From Camelus dromedarius (taxonomy: Eukaryota), in assembly GCF_036321535.1 (NCBI RefSeq), contig NC_087436.1, positions 120,778,001 through 120,842,000 on the forward strand: DNA of 64,000 nt, read 5' to 3'. The notes beneath the pieces were generated by a model. That model was not told the origin of the DNA. It made no database searches and saw only the letters and a program-made list of their open reading frames with translations. Positions 13,014 to 24,500 of this stretch are shown one piece after another. Position 1 is the stretch's first letter. Each line of letters opens with the position of its first letter. The position numbers and the translations under genes were made by a program.

Positions 13014-13152
13014 TTTTATTTTTTTGTATTTTTTTTTATTGAAGTATAATCAGTTTACAATGTTGTGTCAGTTTCTGGTGTACAGCACAGTGCTTCAGTC
13101 ATACATGAACATACATATATTTGTTTTCATATTCTTTTTCACCATAAGTTAT
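13014..13152 (-). mobile_element. L1 3' terminus fragment with poly(A) tail
   Basis: T-rich tail then ATTGAAGTATAATCAGTTTACAATGTTGTGTCA; this is the reverse complement of the same L1 end type seen at 21700-21830. Confidence 0.85.
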
Positions 13153-13199
13153 TAAATCTCGAAACCAACCCTCGGCTCTCGGACCTTAGTACGCTATCA

Positions 13200-13450
13200 G
13201 TGTGTTGTAACAACTCAGCTGTAAGACTGCATTTGCAGCTGTAGTTTCATGGCATCTCAGCACAGATCCAGCATTTCCGGTGAAAATTCAGCATCTGATC
13301 TGAGATGCACTGTACGTGCGAGATACAGGGCGTATTTCAAGGATGGCACCAGGAGGGTAAGGCGTCTCCAGTTTTCACGTTGACTGCAAGCTGAAATGAC
13401 AATAACCTTGAGCACACTGGCAGGAGTTACCATTAAGCATTTGCATCTGT
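13200..13450. mobile_element. MER33/MER3-like hAT-Charlie remnant
   Basis: TCTGAGATGCACTGTACGTGCGAGATACA...ATTTCAAGGA resembles the MER33 core. Confidence 0.4.
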
Positions 13451-14331
13451 CTCTTTTTCCTTCAGAGCGGCTACTAGGGAATGCCAGCCGCACACGTAGC
13501 TTCGCTGTGTTCTCTCTTGAGTGGCATTGCCTTAAAGCCTACAGTATTTTAACAAAATGGAAATAGTTTGTAAAATTTTTATGATGGTTTTTGACATGTT
13601 TGGGGAGAGTCCTTGAAATGCCTGAGTTCAACACCCTGTTTAACAAGCGAGAAAACAGGAGGCACGTCAGTTTCCCAGGGTCACACAGCATGTTGTGCGT
13701 GGAGCCAGGTCCCGAACTTAGTACTCGGTCCAGACAGGCTTGGAGAGATCAGCCGCTCTGTGACGAACCTGGACGGGGCTCCCTACACAGCTCCCGGGGC
13801 CTTGGGGCTGCAGGCCACAAGGACCAAGCAAGACGGGTGTGACATCAGACCCGGGTCAGAAGATCACCCCAGGGCCGTCAGTAAGACAGCAAGGAGACAT
13901 CATCAGGGCTTTTCCAGCCGTGCAGACCGAAGTCTGCTGCCCAGAGAGGGGCCCAGAGTCCTCACCACTCGGCCACCTGGCCCACTGCTGCGCCCAGCGT
14001 CCTGGTGAGCAGCCGGAGGCCTCTAACTACAGAGAGAAAAGTCCTCGCCTGGTCGAATCGAAGGCTCTCCACAGCCCGGTACCTGGGCATCTCACGTTGC
14101 ACCCAGGGAACTTCCTCTTCTCCCAACAGAACGGCCTGCTGCCCGGGGCGGAGCAGGTGCCCTGACCTGGGCACCACTGAGGGGCTTCCCCTCCTCCCCC
14201 CCCGCCTGCTGCCCAGGCGGGGGCCCCTCAGAGCCCTGGTTTTCTTGCAGATGAAATGGGGATGGGAATTGCCGTGGTGAAGCCTCCTCACAAGGCGGTG
14301 ACGAGCTGGCACACCTAGAGCACAGTGGCAG

Positions 14332-14690
14332 CTGTTGGGGGTTGAATCGCGTCCCCCCAAATGCATATGTTGGAGTCCTAACCCCCAGGATTCAGAATGT
14401 GACCTTATTTGGAGAGAGGGCCTTACAGAGGTGATCGGGTGAAAATGAGGTCATTAGGGTGGGCCTGGACCAATACGACAGTGTCCTTGTAAGAAGGAGA
14501 AACTTGGGCACAAAAGGAGAGTGCCGCGCAGTCACAGGCCGTGTGACAGGCCAGGGCGCACCGAGGACCCCGCGAACACCAGGAGCCTCTCCAGGGAGCA
14601 GGGCCTGGCCGACACCTTGGCTGCAGGCTTCTGGCCTCTAGAACTGTGAGAGGAGCAGTGCCGGTGGTGACAGCAGCCGCAGGACACTCA
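14332..14690 (+). mobile_element. MaLR solo LTR (MLT1A/B/C-like)
   Basis: TG...GTTGAAT..CCCCCCAAA..ATATGTTG.AGTCCTAACCCCCAG..TCAGAATGTGACCTTATTTGGA...CCTCTAGAACTGTGAGA. Confidence 0.85.
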
Positions 14691-17454
14691 CGCAGCGGCC
14701 GCGCCCGCGGGCTCCCGGGGCCCTCGCTCAGCCCTCACCAGGCCCATGCGTGCCTGCCCGTGGCTCTCTCCGGTGCCCGGCCCCCGCCTTTCTCCTCCAA
14801 GCCCGGCCTTCGCTGGCTGTGGCAGGAGGAAGCGGGGGCGCAGGAGGGGCTGTGGGGGTGGCATCTCCTTTTCCAGAGGCTGTGCCGGGTCTGGACTCAG
14901 CTCAGTCCCCTGTGGGGTCTGCAGCCTGTCACTGAACCCCGCCTGTAGCCCCACGTGTCAGCCCACCCGCGGGCCCAGTGAGGGGACACACAGTACGTGA
15001 CCAAGGGGGCGGCCCCTGCTTACGGCCCAGTCTCCTGTCTCCACCACTTCAGCCTTCCGGACCCTACTCACCCACCCACACTCGGGAGACAACACCTGGA
15101 AGGCCCCCAGGGCCTGGCACCCAGGGGCGGGGGGGGGAGTCCCCTGACGGCTGGCTGAGGGAGGGGCTTGAAGGCCGCCCACCCAGCTCGCCCAGCTGCT
15201 AGAGGGGACCCGGCCCCTCAGAGTAACTGCTGCTGCTGTGGGGAGGCAGGGGCATTGAAGAGGGAGGCCTCCGCTCAGCCGGTCACTCCATCCCAAGCCC
15301 TGGGCCCCAGGATCTCACACCCGAGCCCACACCTGCCGTCCACCTGCAAGGAGCCTCCCTGGGACCTGGGGAGTCCCAAACACTTCCTGGGATGCTCAGC
15401 CCTCCCTCTGACACCTCCTCAGCTTTGGAAGTGTTTCCCCTCCCGGGCCTTGGTCTTCTCCGTCCGGTCAGCCCTGCGGAATCCATCACTGTCCCTCGAG
15501 GCCAGAGCAATTGACTAAAACCCTGCACAGCACCCTCCCCTGACCACGACCCTTGGAATGAAGCCCAGATTCCTGGCCAGGGGTCAAGGCCATGCTTTCC
15601 TCCAGGCCTGGCCACTGCACCCCAGCCAACTCCGCCACCCCCGCGCACCTCCTGCATCCTGCCGTCAGGCACCTCCAACGCACCCTGCTCACCTCTGAGC
15701 TTCACTCAAACCATCCCCCTCATCTGGAACATTCTCCCAGCTACCTGTCCGACCGCTCTGGGTAATTCCCACTCACCCGTGGTGCTAGCGCCACCTCTTT
15801 GGGGGCTCCGTCCCCCCAGCCCAGCTGCCAGGCTCCCAGCCACATCGCACCGTCTGTGCTCCCTTCATCCACCATCTGCTGTCTCTCCTGCTAGACCAAG
15901 GCTCCCTCGAGGTGGAGACTGCGGTGCCTCCATGTGGGGGATGCCCTGGGAAGGTGCATCTCCCCAGTCGGTGGTAGGGGTGGGTGGCTGCAGCCTCCGG
16001 GCACATGTGCCCCCTCAGCAGGACCGGGAGCACTCAAATCCTCCCCTGGGCTCCGCGAAAGGCCCTCTAGGCTCTAGAAGTCTGCAAATGCAGGAACTGA
16101 GGGCAGCGGCAGCTCAGCCACCTGCCCAAGGGGACACTGTTAGACGGGCGCCTAGTGGGTCTGACCCAAGCCTGTGCACCCCACCCCACAAGGTGGGAAA
16201 GGAAGGCAGGATCTGAAGAGGGTTTGGGTCTTCACGGCAGAACTAAAGACCCGCGAACGGCAGGGATCCCGCCCCCCAACACCCCTCACTGCACCAGAGC
16301 CCCTCCCCAGGAAGCACGGCTCTCCAGCAGCGGTGCCTTTAGCCCACCTGTGACTCACCTGCCAGCAGCATGTCTGTGGCTGGTTGGCCCCAGGTCCTTC
16401 CTGGGGATCCACATGACAGCTGTTACCTCTCTAGCCAGTTTGTCGGGGGCAGCACCGGGCCACCCACTGCCCACACAGCAGAGGCACAGGGCCCTGGCCC
16501 AGCCTTCACGTTCCCCCTGCATCAGATACGGGCTTGAGAGAGACCCAGGGCCCCCAACAGCAAGTTGAGGCCAGGCCAGCGTCTTAGATCACGAGCTGGG
16601 CGGGCCCTCGAACCCGCGCCGTGTCTCAAGGTGGCACAAACAGGAACCTGGAAGTCCTTGGAGACAGACGGGGTCTTTAAGTGAGGCTGGTGCCCTGGCG
16701 CTGAGAGGACATTACTCATGCCGCGGTGTGAGCATTCTCCTGACTCCCTCCCTGGCTCTGAGGGGCTGTGGGTGAGGAACACAGAAGTATTGACCCTGGG
16801 TTCTGCCGGCGATCACTCACATTATTTTGGGTAACATGCCTTGGGTTAAGCCAAATGAGTGGCGATTTGTAATAAAAATAACAGATGGGCTCGCCCAGCA
16901 GGGCAGATACCCAGCCAACATGGTTCAGGGGAAGAGGTGAACTGGCCAGGATGCTGGAGAGCCAGGCCCCATGTCTGAGCCTTTGCTCTCTTGTGCTTTG
17001 TCAAGGAACAGTGGGGACAGCGTTGCTACCATTTCTTGTGCACCTATTATGCTAAGGGGTGGGGAGGTGTTTGCACAGCCCTTTCTTCTGTGATCGTCTC
17101 CACTCCCAGTGGAGCAAGAGCCGAGGGAGGATGTGACCATTCAGAGAGGTCAAGGGCTTTGCCCAAAGCCACACAGCAAGGAAGACTCCTCCCGGTCTGT
17201 CTGACAAAGGCAGGCTCCCAGCCCTGTCCCTCCTCGTCTCAAAGGAAGCTGCACTCCCCTTGGCACACAAGAGCTTTTGCCTGGCCTGGGTGTGGGTGAC
17301 TGGACACATCTCACCCCGCGGGCCGAGCTCAGTGGAGTTGCTGGCTGGGCAGGGTCCGGGTGAGAACTGGGGACACCGGTTCCAACTGAAGGTCTTTAAA
17401 AGTCCTGGTCTTATTGCTGCTTTGTGTCCATAGTTCATAACTCTCTCTGAGCAG

Positions 17455-17850
17455 GGCCTCCTAGTTGTCCCCCAGTACCCACTCCCCACTCTGCTTTAGT
17501 TACAAAACTCTCTCTGGAAGATGGAGGTAGCTAAAGAGATGAAGGCAGAAGCCAGTGAAAGGGGCCTCTGGCACATTCCTAAAAGCTGGGAGGAGGCCCC
17601 TTTGCCCCTTGCCCTTGCCCTTCATCCTGAATGGAACAAAGATATGAGGGCTGGAGCTTCAGCAGCTGTCTTGTGACCTGGAGGATGGAACCTATGTATT
17701 AGAATGGCAGATAAGAAAGGCAGGAGTCCTTGGTCCCTGGTGCATTGGTGGAGTACCACACAAGCCCTGGGCTGCCCACCTCCAGACTTGTTTCGTGCTT
17801 CTATATCCAGTGCTCAATCATTAGCAACCAAATGCAGATGCTAACTGGTC
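17455..17850. mobile_element. ERVL LTR fragment (LTR16-like)
   Basis: GGCTGGAGCTTCAGCAGCTGTCTTGTGACC...CCTGGGCTGCCCACCTCCAGACTT. Confidence 0.55.
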
Positions 17851-17874
17851 CAGCTTAGAAAGGTCTCCTTGGAA

Positions 17875-17960
17875 GGTGAGGGTACAGCTCAGTGGTAAAC
17901 AGTGTGCTTAGTATGTGAAGGCCCTGGGTTCAATCCCCAGTACAGAAATAAAGAAAGAAA
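17875..17960 (+). mobile_element. tRNA-derived SINE (camelid Vic-1-like)
   Basis: A box AGCTCAGTGG, B box GGTTCAATCC (17927-17936), AAAT/AAAG tail. Confidence 0.8.
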
Positions 17961-17989
17961 GACCTTCTGCGTTAGTTAGGATATCGACT

Positions 17990-18497
17990 TGGTTACTGGA
18001 GAATAGGTTCTTATCTCCCTGCAGAAAGAATTCAGAGACGAGACATGGAGGTCAAGAAAGTAAAGTGAGAATTTATTAAGCTATAGTACACTCTCAAGGG
18101 GAGAGTGTGCAGGCTCAGATGAGTAGCTGCCCTGAGGTTCTTTGGCAAGCTGATTATGCGAGGTGTAAAAATGAATGGGCGGAATATTTACTGGGGAGGG
18201 AGGGGTTTGGGGTCGTATTTCCTGATTTTCATCCCAGCTCCACCTTCCCATGGGGAGGAGAGAATTTTGTCCTTATTTAGTCTGGATCAGAGGTGTCATG
18301 GCATCAGTGCATGATGGGTACTTCTTAACTGCAAGGCTAATTTTATTGTAATGAGTATATAATGAGGCTCAAGGTCTACTGGAAGCTGAATCTTCTACCA
18401 TCTTGGGCCAAGTTGGTTCTAACCAGTTTCTGTCCTAGCCTCAATGGCTGCGTCATTCTTTGAATGGTTGTGCCCTGCCCTCTTCCCTCCAGTCTCA
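17990..18497 (-). mobile_element. Probable lineage-restricted ERV solo LTR (about 500 bp)
   Basis: On the minus strand it begins TGAGACTGG and ends near CAGTAACC, with AATAAA (TTTATT 18072-18077) about 80 nt from its 3' end, as expected for an LTR R region. No clean TSD found. Confidence 0.6.
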
Positions 18498-19409
18498 GAA
18501 GGTTTTATCTCTCACATAAAAGTGGCAGCTGGTACGTGGTCCACGGGGTGGGCATCTCTGCTTTGCTCTAAGTGACCTTTCCTCACCAGACCTCTAGAAC
18601 CCCATCCCAGACAGCCAGGAAGGGAAGGGAAGGGAAGGGCGCAGAAGGCTGCCCAACCTCCTGTTGAGAGAAAGAGCTGGACTTGCCTGTAGTACGTCTC
18701 ACACCCGGGGGTCAGAACCTCTTCGTGTGACCAGGCTGGGAGCTGCGAGGGGGTCTGGGGAATGTGGTCTCTAGCTGAGCAACCAGCGGAAACTGGTGGA
18801 AGGGGGAAGAGCAGGAGAGACACACCTCCCTTCTGCTGGGATCAGGTAAACACTTAAGAGCATTTTTAATCTTCTTAAGCTTCTTTATTTTGGCTTTGCA
18901 TCTTTAATTGACCCAAGATGAACACAGGTGCAGGCTGTGAACCAATCCTGTGGCCCCTCCTCCCCTCCAGACCCCTCCACTGCTACCACCCAGATGATGC
19001 AGGAGAAACAGAACCCCCCCCCCAAACTCCCATCTCTCCCTGCACAGGCCCAGCCTTTGGTGGGTCCTGAGGACCTGGATGTGATGGAGCTCAGTGTCTG
19101 GTCGGGGAGCAGACATGGGGCAGACTGCTGTCACACAGCATGAGAAAGGCTGTAGCCCAGCCCAGCAGCATGACAGCAGTCTTATGCCCCACAGGCAGTA
19201 CCCAAAATGGGGCCTGAACCTGGGGAGCCCTGAGTGGATTGAAAAGCCCAAGGCCTATAGAGCTGCTCAAATCCATCCACACATTCTTTTAACACCAGTG
19301 AAGTTACCAATGCTGGGATGTCCTTTGTTTCTTTATGAGGAGGGAGTATGTTTAAATTCAGATGGAGGCCTGGGTACCTGAGATGGTCAAGGGTATGCAT
19401 TAGCTTGGC

Positions 19410-19908
19410 TGGTTGTTCCTTTACACTCCAGTCTAGATGTTACTGTGAAGGTCTTTTTAAAATGAGATTAACATTGAAATTGGTTGGATTTTAGTGAAGC
19501 AGATTATCCTCCACGATGTGGGTGGGCCACGTCAAATCAGTTGAAGGTCTCAAGAGCGAAAACTGAGGACGCCTGAAGTGGGTGGAATTCTCCTAGAGAC
19601 CTGCATCACAGGAACCCTGCTGAGGTTCCAGCCTGCTGCCCTGCAGGATCTGGGCTCACACTACGACATCCACTTTGGTCTGGATTCCCAGCCTGCCAGC
19701 CTACCCTGCAGATTTCAGATTTGCCAGCCCCTATGATCATATGCGCCAATTTCTTAAAATAAACCTTTTCCTTGTCTCTCTCTCTCATACATATATATAA
19801 TATATTTTTTCTATATATACTCTGTATTTTCTATGTACATGTATATTTCTCTCTGCATATGTAAATTTTCTGTTGGTTTTGTTTCTCTGGAGAATCCTGA
19901 CTAACACA
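19410..19908 (+). mobile_element. ERVL LTR (MLT2-like)
   Basis: AAGCAGATTATCCTCCA..ATGTGGGTGGGCC..ATCAGTTGAAGG...AAATAAA...TA-rich tract...GTTTCTCTGGAGAATCCTGACTAACACA. Confidence 0.88.
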
Positions 19909-20942
19909 GTACCTAAGAACAATAGGAAGAGAAATATGTATTACTTCTACCAAGTTCAAAACCATAGAGTAATAGAAAACACAAGAATGCCAGCATGATC
20001 TAGTGAAACTCAAACTCTTTTTGTAGATCTAATGACAGTAAGAAATGCATTTTACATCCTGAGATGAATTTACAAATATAGAAATCTGAAAAGCGATTTC
20101 AGCAAAATGCTGATCCTAGCAGGTGAGAAATGCTGGATCCCTTTTTTCTGTGCATCTTTATTGCGCACAGAACACGCATGAGCAGGGCAGTGACACCCAG
20201 GTGACCACCCTGTGTGAAGAGCTAAGGCGGTGCCCACGCCCCCCCCCCCCCAGGGCTCTTCCAGGGCACCTGGGCATCCTTGCTCCGCTATTCAACACAG
20301 ACATGTTTGCCAATCTCCTTTGGCTCATCACAAGCCTGAAGAACCAGTAAGATTCAATTTGCTTTACAGATTTGGATTCAGTCCTTGGCTAGCTGGCCAC
20401 GCAGGCCTTGTCCACATCACGTGGTCAATGTGAAGTTTAACCACAGTCTCGTTCACTATTTATCCAACAACCGTTGATTAAGCAGCCATTGGGGCAGCCT
20501 CTGAGCTGCTTGCCAGGATGGCAGAGCTCCAGAGAGCTCACGGTCTCAGGAAGGAGTCAGATAAGAAACAGCAGTGAGCACAGAGACCCAAGAATGCCGT
20601 GACAGGAGGGGCCACCTAGGGGGTGAGACTGGGGTGGGGGAGGGGCGGCCAGGATAGGTTCACTGCACACTGAACCCCTGTTGAAGGAGTCCTCATGAAG
20701 ATAAGGAACGTTTGATTTCCCTGGCACTGAATACAGGGCACCTTCATTAAACAAGGTTTCCCAGGGAGACCAGTAAAGGGTTCACCCTTGGGGAATGCCC
20801 CAGCCCCAGCCAGGGGCCACATTCCCACAGAAGCCTTCAAAATTCAGAGTCTGAGCTGGGCAAACCCAGCTCTCCTCACAGGATGCGAACCAGAGTGGAA
20901 CATGGTCCAGAAGCTGCAGAGAAAGGCTCAAAAGCTTTTGGA

Positions 20943-21855
20943 TAAATATACCACATCTTCTTTATCCAGCCATCTGTTGATGGACATTTAGGTTGTTCCC
21001 ATGACTTGGCTGTTGTAAATAGTGCTGCTGTGAACACTGGGGTGCAGGTGTCTTTTTGAAGTAGGGTTCCTTCTGGATATATGCCCAGGACTGGGATTGC
21101 TAGGTCATATGGTAAGTCTATTCCTAGTCTTTTGAGGAATCTCCACACTGTTTTCCATAGTGGCTGCACCAAAGTGCATTCCCACCAGCAGTGTAGGAGG
21201 GTTCCCTTTTCTCCACAGCCTCTCCAGCATTTGTCACTTGTGGACTTTTGAATGATGGCCATTCTGACTGGTGTGAGGTGATACCTCATTGTAGTTTTGA
21301 AATGTCCATCAACAGATGACTGGATAAAGAAGTTGTGGTATATTTATACAATGGAACATAATTCAGCCATAAAAACTGACAACATAACGCCATTTGCAGC
21401 AACATGGATGCTCCTGGAGAATGTCATTCTAAGTGAAGTAAGCCAGAAAGAGAAAGAAGAATACCGTATGAGATCACTCATATGTGGAATCTAAAAAAAA
21501 AAGAAAAAAAAAGAAGACAAATGAACTTATATATAGAACAGAAAAAGACTCAAAGACATAGAATACAAACTTGTGTTGTCAGAGGGGAGGGAGGGGGAGG
21601 GAAGGGATAAATTGGGAGTTTGAAATCTGTAGATACTGACAGGGATACATGGAATAGAAACACAAGTTTATATGCACAGCACAGGGAAATATATTCAAGA
21701 TCTTGCAGTAGCTCACAGTGAGAAAGAATGACAATGAATATATGTATATTCATGTATGACTGAAAAATTATGCTGTACATAATGACACAACATTGTAAAC
21801 TGACTATAACTCAATAAAAAAATAAAATAAAAAGCAATTTGCAAAAAAAAAAAAA
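20943..21855 (+). mobile_element. Relatively young 5'-truncated LINE-1 with a 5' inversion (about 20943-21299 inverted, 21300-21855 sense plus poly(A))
   Basis: The minus-strand ORF encodes the ORF2 C-terminal Cys-rich region ([18 protein letters not shown]). The plus-strand ORF continues [19 protein letters not shown]...ILSEVSQKEK. TSD AAAAGCTTTTGGA (20930-20942) / AAAAGCTTTGGGA (21852-21864). Confidence 0.93.
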
Positions 21856-22563
21856 GCTTTGGGAAAGTTACCCAGGGAAAGATGCGGCCAGCCCCTCCCA
21901 AAACACTCCCACAGGCGGGGGCTGGGGGAACGTGGGGGCTGGAGGATGTATGAGGCCAGGAGTGAGGAGCATGTGATTGGCCTGGAGAGCTGTGGGAAGC
22001 CTTGGGAGCTGATGGCCTCTGAAAGTGAAGTCCAGACAGAGCTGGTCTTGTTTAGAAGCCCGGCCTGTGTCCCACCTCCCCCAGCCTCCCCATCGGATGC
22101 ATGGGGCCTCTGGGTGTTTACACCTTTCACAGGAGGCTGGCCCTCTGGAAAGGAGTCTGAAGACAGATGAGTGGGAAGTATAGAGAAAACCAAAGGGAAA
22201 AACAAATATCGGAAAAAACCGTGACCCCAGCTCACATCCAGCGGCGAAGGGCATTCACCCGATGGCAGCCCTGTGAACTCGGGGCCTCACCCCAGCACCA
22301 CCTGCCCCAGGACGGCGCTTTCAGGATGGGGAGGAAAGGGCTGTGAGCGCCTGAGTGACTTGTGATCATGACTTCTGAGCAAGTAATTTCCCATCTTCCA
22401 GGCGAGCCATAGGCACTTGATAAAAGTTTTTAAATGAAATCAAGAAAGAGCCCAAGCGTGCCATTTAGGAATATGAGCAGGCAGGAGCATAAGGAGCTGG
22501 CTGGGGTTGGCAGCTGCGTCTCCTGCTAGGGGCTGGGGGCGGGCGGAGCTGTTCTGGTTGATT

Positions 22564-22564
<1 letters not shown>

Positions 22565-22621
<57 letters not shown>
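22565..22621. repeat. Pure (TTG)n microsatellite, about 19 units; tail of the adjacent SINE
   Basis: Uninterrupted TTG run. Confidence 0.95.
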
Positions 22622-22622
<1 letters not shown>

Positions 22623-22745
22623 GGAGGGGGGAGGTGATTTGGTTTATTTATTTTTACTTATTTATTTTTTAACAGAGGTCCCGGGACTGAACCCAGGACC
22701 CCATGCGTGCTGAGCACGGGCTCCACCACTGAGCTGCACCCTCCC
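22623..22745 (-). mobile_element. tRNA-derived SINE (Vic-1-like, long form)
   Basis: Reverse complement reads GGGAGGGTGCAGCTCAGTGGTGGAG...CCTGGGTTCAGTCCC...AAATAAATAAACC...CCTCCCCCC. Confidence 0.82.
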
Positions 22746-22904
22746 TTTGATGTTTGTATTCTTTTTGTGGAAACAGAAGACATTTTAAGTTGTGTGCATG
22801 AATAACTTTGGCAAACTTTAAGAAAAAAAAGAAGGGTACAGCGGTTCTCTCAGTTTAAGTCTTGTAAACATTTGTGTAAATGTTTTCTCTCTTTAAAAAG
22901 ACAA

Positions 22905-23010
22905 GACTCAGATGGTGATTACTAGTGTGTACGTTTGTCCAGACTCATCGAATTGTACTCTTAAGATTTGCGCTTCTCTCCGTACGTAAATTTATCTCCA
23001 TTTTTAAGAA
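22905..23010 (+). mobile_element. Ancient L1 (L1ME/MC-like) 3' terminus fragment
   Basis: GATGGTGATTAC...TTTGTCCAGACTCATCGAATTGTAC.CTTAAGATTTG...TAAATTTATCTC. Confidence 0.55.
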
Positions 23011-23259
23011 GGAAGGGAGGGACTCCTCCCACGGTATATCTGGTTATGCGTTCGAATTTCGCGCTGAACCAATATACTGTCTATTTAAAAAGTAAGTAAG
23101 TAAATAGGAAAAAACCCCAAACTATTGAAAAATTCAACTGTCTCCGTGTAGTGAGTAGGATTTGTGATGCCGTAGTTTTGCTTTGCTTTACTTTGTTTTG
23201 TTTTTCTTGCGTGTATTTTCGGAATTTTCTGCGGCAAACGAACAAGAAACGAAATCAGA

Positions 23260-24500
23260 TGCGGGCCAGCCGAGAGGCGTCGGGGCAGATCTCGCTGGAA
23301 GGTGCGCAGGGCTGCGGCCGCGGGGCCTCGCGGACTCCGGGCTGCGCCCCGGAAGGTCGGGCTGTCCGGCGTCGGTCCCTCACGCAGGCCTGGACCCTGC
23401 CCGGGAAGGAGGCCGAGGAGGGAGCCCAGGGCGGAGGCGGTCACGGCGGCCTCCGCTTCTCCTGGCCGCGCGCTGCCTGGGCTCTGCGCTCAGGCCCGGC
23501 TCGGCTCCCAAGTGATGGCCGACCTGGAACCAGTCCCCTCGGCCCCTCCCGCGGGTAGAATGTACAGCAGAGGCGCCGGGGAGCCCCTCCGCGAGGGCGC
23601 GGGGTTTCCCAGCTTCTGGATCGTTCTACGGTTCTGCCCAGGTCTGAGTCTGGAAGGTCGAGGATCTGACTTCGTACGTCTCCCCTTGGCTCGAGTCGAA
23701 GCTCTGCATTTTACGCGCCAGCGAGCCCAAGGTCCCTGAGGGTCCCAAAAGCCACAGCCCCTCCGCCGACGCAGCCCTCACCCCTGCCCGTCCGGATCGC
23801 GCTCCTCTAGCGGCGTCCACGCGCGCAGGGCGGCGGCACGGGCCCTGGTTCCAGGAGCCGCGTGTCTCCTGGCCAGCAAGTCCTGAAAGCGCTGGGAGGG
23901 CGCGCGGCGGGGAGGCCGGCGGCCGGCGGAGGCGGAGGCGGGGTGAGGACCAAGGGGCGGCTTTTAACGAAAAAGTTGAATCATCAGCTAAACCATCAGG
24001 ACTAATGCGATGTACACAAGCTGCGAATCAATGCCGGGCCTCGGGGGTCGGGCTGGGGGTGGGGTGGGGGCAGCAGGGCCGACCGCCCCCTGAAGCGAGG
24101 CGCCCCCGCCGATTTGGGGAAATGGATTTTCGCGATTTAAGAAAACTCAGACCAAAGTGAGCGAGGCCCAGATGTGCTGACGCCGCGGTTCTACGGAGCT
24201 GGAGCCCCGAGAGCGGCTCCGGGAAGGGGGACGGCGATCGGCGAGAGGCCGAGGCTGAGACGGCGGAGACTGGGGGACCGGGGGAACAGAGCAGCGCGGC
24301 AGGGAGCTTGGGCAGAACGAACCCGGCCGTACAACTGAGGCTGCGCTCCTGGGCCAGGGTCGGGGGGAACCGGGCAACCCCTGGGCCCAGGTCCCAGGCA
24401 CCTCGAGCCTCCGTGCGCCTGGGAGGAGCCGCGGAGGCTTGTTCAAGACGGAGAGGCCCTGCTCTCACTCTGGGCGCACTCGGTGGCTGCAGGACGCAGA
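23260..24500. promoter_or_regulatory. Orphan CpG island downstream of HMX1
   Basis: High CpG density, tandem GGCGGA/GGCGGG boxes at about 23925-23960, no recognisable coding sequence. Confidence 0.75.

Noticed and set aside
17875..17945. tRNA-like sequences with A/B boxes (also at 22.7 and 48.4 kb)
   Set aside because: Three divergent copies with A-rich tails and no convincing cloverleaf: SINEs, not tRNA genes.
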